Shown piece after piece: positions 30,485 to 40,273 of a stretch of 64,000 nucleotides of DNA. Origin of the DNA: Acidimicrobiia bacterium. GTDB taxonomy: Bacteria; Actinomycetota; Acidimicrobiia; Spongiisociales; ZC4RG35. The notes beneath the pieces were generated by a model. That model was given only the letters and a program-made list of their open reading frames with translations, was not told where the DNA came from and did not search any database. The DNA lies in the NCBI GenBank assembly GCA_026002975.1, contig BPGJ01000009.1, forward strand, positions 48,105 to 112,104, written 5' to 3'. The position numbers and the translations under genes were made by a program. The stretch's first letter is position 1; every line of letters begins with the position of its first letter.

Positions 30485-31065
30485 GGTCGGCTCTCCTCGA
30501 AGTTCTCCATGCCTTCCCTCACCGCAGCGGCCGCCACCAGCAGGGCCGCCGCCGGATCGGCCCACCACCAGCCCCACAGGGCGTTTACCACCAGGGAGAT
30601 CAGAACCCCGAAGGCCAGCCAGCCGTCGAGGAAGGTCATGGCCGCCTCGGCTGCGACCGGGCCGTCGCCGAGGACACGGCCCACCCTCCGTTTGAGGAAG
30701 GCGAGACCCCACATGACGATCACCGTGGCGGTCAGGTAGGCGATGCCCCAGGGGGATTCGTCGGGAACCGACCGGGAGGCGAGACGCTCCACCGCCAGCA
30801 CGGCCAGAGCCGCGGCCAGAGCGAAGAACGCCCAGCCGATCCGACGGTGAGCTACGGCCGCTCGGCCGTCCATCCTGCGGAGGTGGCCGACCACCACCAG
30901 CGAGGCGAACACTTCGATCAGAGAGTCCATGCCGAACCCGACCAAGCCGAGGGAACCCGCCGCGACCCCCAGACCCACCGTGACGAACACCTCGCCCACG
31001 TTCCAGGCGATGGTGGCCCACTGGAGGCGTATCGCCAGTTTCCGGTAGGTCGCGGTGGTGGTCAC
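30481..31065 (-). CDS. Cation-efflux (CDF)-like membrane protein, TM domain only
   Basis: ~194 aa from a GTG overlapping the thioesterase stop. CDF-like TM pattern (GSLGLVGFGMDSLIEVFAS). No cytoplasmic C-terminal domain is visible. Confidence 0.5.
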   Translation of the reverse strand: MTTTATYRKLAIRLQWATIAWNVGEVFVTVGLGVAAGSLGLVGFGMDSLIEVFASLVVVGHLRRMDGRAAVAHRRIGWAFFALAAALAVLAVERLASRSVPDESPWGIAYLTATVIVMWGLAFLKRRVGRVLGDGPVAAEAAMTFLDGWLAFGVLISLVVNALWGWWWADPAAALLVAAAAVREGMENFEESRP

Positions 31066-31496
31066 AGCCGGTCGACCTCGGCCGACACCAGATACAGGCC
31101 GCGGCCCTCCACCGCCGCCCCCTCGGCGTCCCACAGGGAACCCGACATGACCAAACGACGCCCCCTCCGTTCGTCGACGCGTCCTCTCGCCTCCACCCAG
31201 TGGTCACCCACGGTCAGGGGTCGGCGGTAGCGAATCTCCAGGGATCCGGTGACCGTCACCACCCCGTGGGTCAGTATCCCGGCCCACACCAAGACCTCGT
31301 CGAGGGCGGTGGCCGCGATGCCCCCATGTAGGGTGTCGCCCGCGCCTCGGTACTCGGGTCGGGGCCTGAACCGGGCGGTCACCTCCCCGCTCTCTTCCAC
31401 CCTGAAGTCGTCGAGGTGCAGGCCGATCGGGTTCGCCGGGCCGCAGGCGAAACAGGCGTCCCCGTAGGCTCTTCGAACGCGACTGATCGGATCCAT
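31062..31496 (-). CDS. PaaI/hotdog-fold thioesterase
   Basis: 144 aa. CFACGPANPIGLHL... and GDTLHGGIAATALDE are typical of the PaaI family. Confidence 0.7.
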   Translation of the reverse strand: MDPISRVRRAYGDACFACGPANPIGLHLDDFRVEESGEVTARFRPRPEYRGAGDTLHGGIAATALDEVLVWAGILTHGVVTVTGSLEIRYRRPLTVGDHWVEARGRVDERRGRRLVMSGSLWDAEGAAVEGRGLYLVSAEVDRL

Positions 31497-31541
31497 CGGC
31501 CGGTGCAGGCTAGACGGGCGTGCGGCTAGCCTCGCCGCGCC

Positions 31542-32219
31542 ATGGCCACCACCAAGGCTGACGGCGCCGGACCGACCTCCGAGGAGCGGAAACGGGCCAG
31601 GACGATCCTCCGGCGGCTGAAGAAGCGATATCCCGAGATCCACACCGCACTCCGGTACCGGGACCCGTGGCAGCTCCTGGTCGCCACGGTTCTGTCGGCC
31701 CAAACCACCGACGAGGCGGTGAACCAGGTCACACCCGAGCTGTTCGAGCGGTACCCGACCCCCGAGGACCTGGCCAACGCCGACCCGGCTGAGGTGGAGC
31801 GGATCGTCCACCGCACCGGCTTCTTCCGTCAGAAGGCCTCCGCCATCATCCGGCTCTCCGCCGAGCTGGTGGAACGTTACGGCGGCGAGGTCCCGCCGGA
31901 CCTCGACGAGCTGGTCACTCTCCCCGGGGTGGGGAGGAAGACGGCGTCGGTGGTCCTGGCCGAGGCCTGGGGGATTCCGGCGGTGGCGGTGGACACCCAC
32001 GTCAAGCGGGTGTCGCGCCGCCTCGGATTGACCGAGCACTCCGACCCCGACAAGATCGAAGAGGACCTGAAGGCCCTGTTCCCCAGGGAGGAGTGGGCCG
32101 GGCTGTCGATGAGGTTCATCCAGTTCGGACGGGACGTGTGCAGGGCCCGGGACCCCGACTGCGGGCGATGTGAGCTGTTCGACGTGTGCCGATGGCCGGG
32201 ACGTCTGGAACGGGCCTGA
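31542..32219 (+). CDS. nth: Endonuclease III (DNA glycosylase/AP lyase)
   Basis: HhH motif LPGVGRKTASVVL. C-terminal 4Fe-4S ligands C-x6-C-x2-C-x5-C. Confidence 0.9.
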   Translation: MATTKADGAGPTSEERKRARTILRRLKKRYPEIHTALRYRDPWQLLVATVLSAQTTDEAVNQVTPELFERYPTPEDLANADPAEVERIVHRTGFFRQKASAIIRLSAELVERYGGEVPPDLDELVTLPGVGRKTASVVLAEAWGIPAVAVDTHVKRVSRRLGLTEHSDPDKIEEDLKALFPREEWAGLSMRFIQFGRDVCRARDPDCGRCELFDVCRWPGRLERA

Positions 32220-33514
32220 CGGTCTCCAATCGGCGGATCCTCCGGTTGGCGGTCCCGGCGCTGGGTGCGCTCGCGGCCGATCCGCTCCTCTCCCTGATCG
32301 ACACGGCGTTCGTGGGCAGGCTGGGGGCGGTGCCGTTGGCCGCCCTCGGGGTGGACGTGGCGTTGTTCTCCTTGGCGTTCGCCCTGTTCAACTTCCTCGC
32401 CTACGCCACCACACCGCTGGTCGCGTCGGCACGGGCCCGGGGCGACGTCTCCGGCTCGGGAAAGGTGATCCTCCAGTCGGCCACCCTCGCCGTGGTGATC
32501 GGGGTGTCCTCGGGTTTCGTCCTCGCGGTCTTCGCCCCCACCCTGGTCGGGTGGATGCAGGCCTCGGGCGAGGTGGTGGAGCCCGCGGTGGAGTACCTGC
32601 GGGTCAGGGCCCTGGCCGTGCCGGCCCTGCTGATCGTGACGGTGGGGCACGGCGCCTACCGGGGTCTCCAGGACACCCGGACCCCGCTGATCGTCACCCT
32701 GGCGGTCAACGGTCTCAACGCGATCCTCGATCCGCTGCTCATCTTCGGTGCAGGGCTCGGCATCGCCGGGGCCGCCTGGGCCACGGTGTCGGCCCAGTGG
32801 ATCGGGGCGGCGGTGTTCGTCCGGCTGCTGGCCGGGAGGGCCCGTCTCGAAAGGTGGCCCAGGTCGCCGGGACGCCCCACCGAGATGGTCCCCCTGCTCA
32901 AAGAGGGCGGGGTGCTGGTGGCCAGGACCCTGTTCCTGCTGCTCTCCCTGACCGCAGCCACCGCGGCCGCCGCCCGGGTGGGAACCGTCCCGGTGGCGGC
33001 CCACCAGGTCGTCGCCCAGGTGTGGTTCCTCCTCGCCATGGTGGTGGACGCCCTGGCGATAGCCGCCCAGGCTCTGGTCGCCGACCTGGCCGGGCGGGGT
33101 GCCTGGGCGGCCGCCAGGTCGCTGGTGGCTCGGCTGATCAGGTGGGGGTTGGCCACCGGCGCCGTTCTGGGGCTCCTGGTCTGGCTCGCCGCCGACCAGC
33201 TCGGCCCGCTGTTCACCTCGGATCCGGCGGTGACGGCGGCCGTGGCGTCGGTGGCGCCCATCGCAGCGGCGATGCAGCCGGCCGCCGCGGTGCTGTTCGT
33301 GCTGGACGGGGTGTTCCTCGGGCTGATGCGCACCCGGTGGTTGGCCGTCTCCACCGCGGTGGGTCTGGTCGCCACCCTGGCCGTGCTGTTCCTCACACTG
33401 TGGGCCGGGTGGGGTCTCCGAGGTGTCTGGTGGGCGGTCACCTCCATGGTGATGGGACGGCTGTTGGTGTTGAGCTGGGCCTACCGGTCGGGCTGGACCG
33501 CCTCCAGCGCCTGA
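32186..33514 (+). CDS. MATE-family efflux transporter (DinF-like)
   Basis: 442 aa, 12 TM. N-terminus RRILRLAVPALGALAADPLLSLIDTAFVGRLG. Confidence 0.8.
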   Translation: MPMAGTSGTGLTVSNRRILRLAVPALGALAADPLLSLIDTAFVGRLGAVPLAALGVDVALFSLAFALFNFLAYATTPLVASARARGDVSGSGKVILQSATLAVVIGVSSGFVLAVFAPTLVGWMQASGEVVEPAVEYLRVRALAVPALLIVTVGHGAYRGLQDTRTPLIVTLAVNGLNAILDPLLIFGAGLGIAGAAWATVSAQWIGAAVFVRLLAGRARLERWPRSPGRPTEMVPLLKEGGVLVARTLFLLLSLTAATAAAARVGTVPVAAHQVVAQVWFLLAMVVDALAIAAQALVADLAGRGAWAAARSLVARLIRWGLATGAVLGLLVWLAADQLGPLFTSDPAVTAAVASVAPIAAAMQPAAAVLFVLDGVFLGLMRTRWLAVSTAVGLVATLAVLFLTLWAGWGLRGVWWAVTSMVMGRLLVLSWAYRSGWTASSA

Positions 33515-34713
33515 CCTTTGGTCTCGGGCAGCAGCCACGTCAGCACCATCGACACCACCAGGAGAGAGGCCAGGGCGGTGACCGTGTCGGCCAGGCCGAA
33601 CCGGTCGATGGTCAGCCGCCCCACCGCCAGGCCCAGAGCAGAACCCACCATCGCCAGGTACGACCCGGCCGCCCCCGCCGTCGAGCGGAACTCGGTGGGG
33701 AACAGCTCCACCCGATGGCTGGCACCCGCCGGTACGTAGGCGAAGGACCCGAAGGTGGAAACGGCTATCGCCAGCGCCAGCGGCGCCGGATGGTCCAACC
33801 GGTAGACGCCGACACCTCCCACCGCCATGCATCCGAACGCCAGGATCGTGGTTCCTCGCCGGCCGATCAGATCCGCCAGGCGGCTGCCCACGAAGAAGCC
33901 GAGCCCACCCACCGCACCCCCACCGAGGCTCAACGCCGCCGCGGCGGCGGTAGGCAGCCCGACGTCGGACACCAGCCTCTCGGTGGAGAAGGAGAGCGCC
34001 ACCGTGGAGAACGCCGCCGCCAGGGTGGCGGCGGCGGCCGACAGCCAGAAACGGGCCGCGTATCCCGAGGACAGGAGCTGGGCGAGGGGACGGGAATGCG
34101 CCGCCCCCGCGGGCGAATAGAGGCGGCTCTCGTCGATCCGACGGACCAGCAAGGGCCACGCCAGGAAGCCCACCGCGGTCAGCCCGAACGGTATCCGCCA
34201 ACCCTCCGGCCCGAGGTCGGCCAGGGGCAGGGTGGCCAACCCCATCCCCGCTCCTAGGCTCCCGCCGGCTCCATACAGGGCGATGGAGAAGGCTCTCACC
34301 GTCGGTTCGACCCGTTCGGCCAGCAGGACCACCCCCAGGGTTCCCACCGCGGCGGTGGACAACCGGACCAGCGACTGGAGGCCGGTGAAGGCCAAAGGAG
34401 TGGACACCAGGGAAGTCCCGGCGGATGCTCCGATCAGGAGGAGATAGGCGACCAGGAACGGGCGTCGGCGACCCTTCTTGTCTCCCCACCACGAGAACAA
34501 CACCGCCCCCACCCCTGCGAGGCGGGTGACCGCCAACACCAGGCTCATCTCACCCTCGGTCAGCCCCAGCGTCGACCGGGTGAACGGCACCGTGGCGGCG
34601 GCCTGGGCCTGGGCGAACCCCTGGAGGACCCCGACCAGCCACAGCAGGTACACGGTCCACCGATCCTCCGGGCGGATCCGATCGATGGGGAACAGCCACG
34701 ACAGCAGCCGCAT
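33481..34713 (-). CDS. MFS transporter
   Basis: 410 aa, ~12 TM. The GDKKGRRRP loop between TM2 and TM3 is typical of MFS proteins. Confidence 0.75.
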   Translation of the reverse strand: MRLLSWLFPIDRIRPEDRWTVYLLWLVGVLQGFAQAQAAATVPFTRSTLGLTEGEMSLVLAVTRLAGVGAVLFSWWGDKKGRRRPFLVAYLLLIGASAGTSLVSTPLAFTGLQSLVRLSTAAVGTLGVVLLAERVEPTVRAFSIALYGAGGSLGAGMGLATLPLADLGPEGWRIPFGLTAVGFLAWPLLVRRIDESRLYSPAGAAHSRPLAQLLSSGYAARFWLSAAAATLAAAFSTVALSFSTERLVSDVGLPTAAAAALSLGGGAVGGLGFFVGSRLADLIGRRGTTILAFGCMAVGGVGVYRLDHPAPLALAIAVSTFGSFAYVPAGASHRVELFPTEFRSTAGAAGSYLAMVGSALGLAVGRLTIDRFGLADTVTALASLLVVSMVLTWLLPETKGQALEAVQPDR

Positions 34714-34763
34714 GGGGCGAGCGTAGGACGGCTATCCCCACGCAGCCGGTAGGGTTCCACCCG

Positions 34764-35540
34764 ATGCAAGACTTCGCCGGGATGTCGTTCCTCCTCCAGG
34801 CGGTGCTGGCCTTCGGCGGGGGGGTGGTGGCTTTCCTGTCGCCGTGTGTGCTTCCCCTGGTCCCCGGCTACCTGGGCCTCATGTCCGGCTACTCGGTTGC
34901 GGAGCTGCAGAGCGGGTCGGTGTCCCGACGCCGGATGCTCAAGGTGACGACCCTGTTCGTCGCCGGGTTCAGCGCCGTGTTCGTCGCCACGGGGGCGGTG
35001 GCGACGTCGCTGGCGCAGTTCCTCAACCGGAACCAGCAGGTGATCGACCGGATCGCCGGCGCCGTGGTGGTCGCCTTCGCCGTCGTCATGATCGGCACCG
35101 CCTTCACCGGCCGGGGCCTCTTCGGGTTCCTGGCCCGGGAGCGACGCCTCGAGGTGCGTCCCTCCCGGTTGGGTGCCCTCGCCCCTCCGGTGATGGGAGC
35201 CGCCTTCGGTTTCGGCTGGACCGCCTGTATCGGCCCCATACTCGCCGGACTGCTGGCGTTGGCGGGCACCCAGGAGACGGTCACCCGGGGGATGGCGCTG
35301 CTCCTGGTCTTCTCCCTCGGGCTCGGCGTGCCCTTCGTGGCCAGCGCGTTGCTGCTCGACAAGGCTTTCCGGGCCACCCGGATCATGAGACGCTGGCTCA
35401 GGCCGATCCAGGTCGCATCCGGCGGGGTGATGCTGGCCTTCGGGGTGTTGCTCCTCACCAACCAGGTGTCCCGGCTGGCGTCGCTGCTGGTGGAGTTGTT
35501 CGTCCGGATACCCCTGCTGGACCGCCTCGCCGCCATCTGA
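34764..35540 (+). CDS. ccdA: Cytochrome c biogenesis/thiol-disulfide transfer protein CcdA (DsbD family)
   Basis: 258 aa. LSPCVLPLVPGY and TACIGPIL motifs. Confidence 0.8.
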   Translation: MQDFAGMSFLLQAVLAFGGGVVAFLSPCVLPLVPGYLGLMSGYSVAELQSGSVSRRRMLKVTTLFVAGFSAVFVATGAVATSLAQFLNRNQQVIDRIAGAVVVAFAVVMIGTAFTGRGLFGFLARERRLEVRPSRLGALAPPVMGAAFGFGWTACIGPILAGLLALAGTQETVTRGMALLLVFSLGLGVPFVASALLLDKAFRATRIMRRWLRPIQVASGGVMLAFGVLLLTNQVSRLASLLVELFVRIPLLDRLAAI

Positions 35541-37024
35541 TGTCGAAGCTGACCATTCACCCCGGCCCCTCCGAATTCGCCAGGCTGGCTTCCGAATACC
35601 CGGTGGTGCCGGTCTGGACGGAGCTGCTGTGCGACCGGGACACCCCGGTGTCGGCGTTCGAGAAGCTGGTCGGCGACGGAACCGGGTTCCTCCTCGAGTC
35701 GGTGGAGGGAGGGGAACGTTGGGCCCGTTGGTCGTTCCTCGGTTGGGACCCGGCCTTGACGCTGGTGGCCAGGAACGGCCGTGCGGAGTTCGAAGGCCGG
35801 GATGGCGCCCCCCCGGGTGACCCGCTGACCGTCTTCTCGGAGGTCCTGGCCGGGCTCGGAACCCCTACACTGGAAGGATTGCCTCCCCTGCATTCGGGGG
35901 TGGTCGGGTACCTCGGTTACGACTGTGTTCGCTACATCGAGGAGCTGGGGGACGGACCCCCCGACGACCGGGGACTCCCCGAGATGCTCTGGCAGTTCGT
36001 CGGGGCGTTGTGCGCCATCGACCGTTTCTCCCACCGGGCCGTTCTCGTACGAAACGTGTACCGGGCCGACGACCCCCGACGTGCCTACCGGGAGGCCTGT
36101 GAGCTACTGGAAGGCGACGCCGACCGTCTGGGGTCGGAACTGACCTATCGTCCCGGGCCTCCTCCCCAGGTGGTGTCGCCGGGGTCGGTTTCGTCGACCT
36201 TCGACCAGGCCGGGTTCGAAGCGGCGGTGGCGGCCGCCAAGGACTACATCCGTCGGGGCGACGCCTTCCAGATCGTGCTCAGTCAACGTCTGGCCACCCC
36301 CTGGGAAGGCGACCCGTTCGACGTCTACCGGGCACTCCGGGTGATCAACCCGTCCCCCTACTTGTTCTTCCTGCGCCACCCGGAGGTGACCGTGGCCGGA
36401 TCCTCGCCCGAGCTGATGACCCGGGTCCGGGACGGGGTGGTCTACTCCCGCCCCATAGCCGGCACCCGCCCCCGGGGAGCGACCGAAGACCAGGACAAGG
36501 CGCTGGAGGAGGAGCTGCTGGCCGACCCGAAGGAGAGGGCCGAGCACGTGATGCTGGTGGACCTGGCCCGCAACGACCTGGGCCGGGTGTGCGAGTTCGG
36601 AACGGTGACGGTCGACGAGCTGATGGTGGTCGAGCGCTACTCCCACGTCATGCACATCGTGTCCGGGGTGTCGGGGAAGCTCCGCCCCGGGGTCGGTCCG
36701 ATCGACGTGTTGAGAGCCACCTTCCCCCATGGGACGGTGACCGGGGCTCCCAAGGTGAGGGCCATGGAGATCATCGACGAGCTGGAGCCGGTGGCCCGGG
36801 GACCGTACGCCGGAGCGGTGGGATACGTGGACTTCACCGGGAACGTCGACACCGCCATCTGCCTTCGGACCGTGGTCTTCGGATCCGACACCGCCTGGGT
36901 GCAGGCCGGGGCCGGGGTGGTGGCCGACTCCGACCCGGAGGCCGAATACCACGAGACGATGAACAAGGCGGCCGCCGGGCTGGCGGCGGTGGAGGCGGCT
37001 CGCCGGACGGGGAGACGGAGATGA
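35540..37024 (+). CDS. trpE: Anthranilate synthase component I
   Basis: ~494 aa. LLESVEGGERW feedback motif and the TGAPKVRAMEII chorismate-binding core. The ATG shares one base with the ccdA stop. Confidence 0.9.
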   Translation: MSKLTIHPGPSEFARLASEYPVVPVWTELLCDRDTPVSAFEKLVGDGTGFLLESVEGGERWARWSFLGWDPALTLVARNGRAEFEGRDGAPPGDPLTVFSEVLAGLGTPTLEGLPPLHSGVVGYLGYDCVRYIEELGDGPPDDRGLPEMLWQFVGALCAIDRFSHRAVLVRNVYRADDPRRAYREACELLEGDADRLGSELTYRPGPPPQVVSPGSVSSTFDQAGFEAAVAAAKDYIRRGDAFQIVLSQRLATPWEGDPFDVYRALRVINPSPYLFFLRHPEVTVAGSSPELMTRVRDGVVYSRPIAGTRPRGATEDQDKALEEELLADPKERAEHVMLVDLARNDLGRVCEFGTVTVDELMVVERYSHVMHIVSGVSGKLRPGVGPIDVLRATFPHGTVTGAPKVRAMEIIDELEPVARGPYAGAVGYVDFTGNVDTAICLRTVVFGSDTAWVQAGAGVVADSDPEAEYHETMNKAAAGLAAVEAARRTGRRR

Positions 37025-37935
37025 GTCGCCCCGTCTATTCGGATCCCGCCACCGAATACCAGATCGCCACGTCCGAGGTGGGGGTGGTGGCGCCGCCTCT
37101 GCACCGGCTGGTTTGGGTAATGGGTCCCGACGCGGTGGAGTTCCTCCAGGGCATCCTCTCCCAAGACCTGACCGGCGACCCGGTGGCCAGGACGTTCCTC
37201 CTCGAACCGACCGGCCGGGTGGTGTCGGTCGGCTGGGTGTTGGTGGGAGCCGACCGGGTGGGTCTGGCGGTGGACGGGGCGATGGCCGAGACGGTCGCGG
37301 AGAAACTCGGCCACTACAAGATCCGGGTGAAAGCCGACATCTCGGTTGACCACCGGCCCGGTTACGAGCTGTGGGGCCCTGAGTCGACCGAGGTGATCGA
37401 CCGGGGATGGGTCGAACGAGACGGGGTCGTCGAGGCGGCGATCCCCCTTCCCGGCCTGGCCCGGGTGCTGGTGGTGGGCGACGACCCCCCGGCTCACCTG
37501 CCGCGCCTGGGATCCGACGTGGTCACCGCGGTGAGGGTCGAAGCCGGGGAGCCTCTCCCGTCACGGGACTTCGACGAGGCGGTGCTCCCCCACGAAACCG
37601 GTCTGGTCGGCGAGGCGGTTTCGTTCACCAAGGGCTGCTTCCTCGGTTACGAACTGGTGGAGCGGGTCGAAGCCCGAGGAGCCCACAGCCCTCGACGGCT
37701 GATGGGTTTGGCGGTGACCCGCAACGTCATCCCCCCCGAGGGTGCCGAGGTGTGGGCAGGTGACCGTCGGGTGGGGAGGATGACTTCGGTGGTCGAGTCT
37801 TGGGGTGTGGGAGCCCCGATCGGTCTCGTTCTCGCCAGGCGGGGTACGGAACCGGGCGACGAAGTCGAGGTGAGATGGCAGGGCGGTTCGGCTCCGGCGG
37901 TGGTTCGCCCCCTCCCGATGCGACCTTCCCTCTAG
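37021..37935 (+). CDS. YgfZ/GcvT-like folate-binding protein
   Basis: 304 aa. Aminomethyltransferase-like fold and a KGCFLGYE motif (KGCYxGQE type). ATGA overlap with trpE. Confidence 0.7.
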   Translation: MSRPVYSDPATEYQIATSEVGVVAPPLHRLVWVMGPDAVEFLQGILSQDLTGDPVARTFLLEPTGRVVSVGWVLVGADRVGLAVDGAMAETVAEKLGHYKIRVKADISVDHRPGYELWGPESTEVIDRGWVERDGVVEAAIPLPGLARVLVVGDDPPAHLPRLGSDVVTAVRVEAGEPLPSRDFDEAVLPHETGLVGEAVSFTKGCFLGYELVERVEARGAHSPRRLMGLAVTRNVIPPEGAEVWAGDRRVGRMTSVVESWGVGAPIGLVLARRGTEPGDEVEVRWQGGSAPAVVRPLPMRPSL

Positions 37936-37947
37936 CCTGACCGACCC

Positions 37948-39549
37948 ATGCCCGCACCTGCAGACCCTCGCTGGTGGCACACCGGCGTCATCTACCAGAT
38001 CTATCCCCGCTCGTGGGCCGACGGCAACGGAGACGGGGTCGGCGACCTGCCCGGCATCGTCGGGCGTCTCGACCACCTGGTCGACCTCGGGGTCGACGCG
38101 GTGTGGTTGTCTCCCTTCTACCGGTCGCCCATGGCCGACTTCGGGTACGACGTGTCCGACCATTGCGACGTCGACCCGCTCTTCGGCACGTTGGCCGACT
38201 TCGACCGACTGCTCGAGGAGACCCACCGCCGCGGCCTGAAGCTGATCGTCGACTACGTGATCAACCACACTTCGGATCGTCACCCCTGGTTCGTGGAGTC
38301 CCGCTCGTCCCGGGACAACCCGAAACGCGACTGGTACGTCTGGCGTGACCCGGCCCCCGACGGCGGGCCACCCAACAACTGGATCGCCTCCTTCGGAGGG
38401 CCCGCCTGGACGTTCGACGAGGCGACCGGGCAGTACTACCTGCACTCGTTCCTGCCCGAACAGCCCGACCTCAACTGGCGCAACCCCGAAGTAGAGGAGG
38501 CCATGTTCGACGTGGTCCGGTTCTGGCTGGAGCGGGGTGTCGACGGGTTCCGCATCGACGTGGCACACCGAGCGATGAAAGACCCCCTCCTCCGGGACAA
38601 CCCACCCCGCCGGGGACCGGCCGCGGGCTACAAGGTCGAACCCGAATACGCCTCCCAAGAGCACATCTTCGACGTGGCCCACCCCGACGTGCATCTGCTG
38701 TTCCGCCGGCTACGGCGGCTGGTCGACACCTACGACGACCGGTTCCTGGTGGGGGAGATCCACGAATACGACTGGCCGGTGTGGGGCTCCTACTACGGAT
38801 GGGAGCTCGACGAGCTGCACATGCCCTTCAACTTCGGGCTCCTCCCGGTGGGTCTCGACCCCGACGGGATCCGGCGCACCGCCCTCGGCATCGAGGCGGC
38901 TCTTCCCGGAGGGGCCTGGCCGAACTGGGTGGTGGGGAACCACGACGAGCCCAGGATCACCCGGCGTCTCGGGTGGGAGGGATCCAAGGCCGCCGCCGTG
39001 CTGCTCCTCACCCTGCGGGGCACCCCCACCGTCTACTACGGCGACGAGATAGGCATGGCCGAAGCGGACATCCCCCCAGAGAGGCAGCAGGACCCGTGGG
39101 GGCGGCGCAAACCGGGCTACGGTCGGGACGGGTGCCGCACCCCCATGCAGTGGGAACCCGGACCCAACGCCGGGTTCTGTCCCCCCGGGGTGGAACCCTG
39201 GCTGCCGGTGGATCCCGACCCCGCCCTCACGGTCGCCGCCCAGAAGGGCGACCCGTCGTCGCACCTGGAGCTGTACCGCCGCCTGATCCGAGTGCGGAAG
39301 GATCGTCCGGCGTTGCTGCTCGGCGACATCGAGTTCCCCGGCTGGGATCCCCCCAACCCGCTCGTCTACCGCCGGACGCACCCCGACGACCGGGTCGTGG
39401 TGGCCCTCAACCTGTCCGACGGGGAGGTTCGCTCCCCGGTAGGGGGGAGGGTCCTGGTCGGCACCCACCACGACAGATGGGACGACACCCTCCGTGCGGG
39501 TGACGTCCTCCGTCCGTGGGAGGCGGTGGTGCTGGACGACGGTTCTTAA
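37948..39549 (+). CDS. GH13 alpha-glucosidase/oligo-1,6-glucosidase-like enzyme
   Basis: 533 aa. GH13 conserved regions DYVINHTS, GFRIDVAHR, VGEIHE, GNHDEPR. Confidence 0.85.
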   Translation: MPAPADPRWWHTGVIYQIYPRSWADGNGDGVGDLPGIVGRLDHLVDLGVDAVWLSPFYRSPMADFGYDVSDHCDVDPLFGTLADFDRLLEETHRRGLKLIVDYVINHTSDRHPWFVESRSSRDNPKRDWYVWRDPAPDGGPPNNWIASFGGPAWTFDEATGQYYLHSFLPEQPDLNWRNPEVEEAMFDVVRFWLERGVDGFRIDVAHRAMKDPLLRDNPPRRGPAAGYKVEPEYASQEHIFDVAHPDVHLLFRRLRRLVDTYDDRFLVGEIHEYDWPVWGSYYGWELDELHMPFNFGLLPVGLDPDGIRRTALGIEAALPGGAWPNWVVGNHDEPRITRRLGWEGSKAAAVLLLTLRGTPTVYYGDEIGMAEADIPPERQQDPWGRRKPGYGRDGCRTPMQWEPGPNAGFCPPGVEPWLPVDPDPALTVAAQKGDPSSHLELYRRLIRVRKDRPALLLGDIEFPGWDPPNPLVYRRTHPDDRVVVALNLSDGEVRSPVGGRVLVGTHHDRWDDTLRAGDVLRPWEAVVLDDGS

Positions 39550-39583
39550 CCGTCTCCTCACAGGTGTCGACCATCCTTGGTGG

Positions 39584-40273
39584 ATGATGCCGGACAAGAC
39601 CGTTCTGCTGGTGGAAGACGAGGAACCCATCGCCGACATGCTCAGGGGTTTCTTCGAGGGGGACGGATGGCGGTTCCTCCACACCGTCACCGGGGAGGAG
39701 GCTTTGGAGAGGCTGCGTACCCGGCAGGTCGACGTGGTTCTCCTCGACCTCAACCTCCCCGGTATGGACGGAATAGAGGTGTGCCGTCGGCTTCGCACCT
39801 TCTCGTCGGTGCCGGTGATCATGCTCACCGCCCGGGACTCGGAGATCGACAAGGTGCTGGGTCTGGAGATAGGGGCCGACGACTATCTCACCAAGCCGTT
39901 CTCGCCCCGCGAGCTGCTGGCCCGGGTCAAGGCGGTGCTCCGCCGGGCGGAGGAACCCCCCATGGAAGCCACCGTCCTCGAGGTGGCCGGCTTCGTGGTG
40001 GATTCGGGGACCCGCCGGGTCACCACCCCCGGTGGGGAGACGGTGGAGCCCACCGCCCGAGAGTTCGACCTGCTCTGGTACCTGGTACGCAACCGTGGGT
40101 TGGCGCTGTCCCGGGCCCAGATCCTCCAAGCCGTATGGGGGTACGACTACTTCGGCGACACCCGCACCGTCGACGTCCACATCCGTCAGCTACGCAAGAA
40201 GCTGCCGGGGATCCCGATCACCACCGTGTGGGGGGTCGGCTATCGCCTGGAAGCGGCGGAGCCGTCTCGATGA
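39584..40273 (+). CDS. OmpR-family response regulator
   Basis: Receiver domain (VLLDLNLPGMDG, TKPF) plus a winged-helix output domain. Confidence 0.9.
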   Translation: MMPDKTVLLVEDEEPIADMLRGFFEGDGWRFLHTVTGEEALERLRTRQVDVVLLDLNLPGMDGIEVCRRLRTFSSVPVIMLTARDSEIDKVLGLEIGADDYLTKPFSPRELLARVKAVLRRAEEPPMEATVLEVAGFVVDSGTRRVTTPGGETVEPTAREFDLLWYLVRNRGLALSRAQILQAVWGYDYFGDTRTVDVHIRQLRKKLPGIPITTVWGVGYRLEAAEPSR

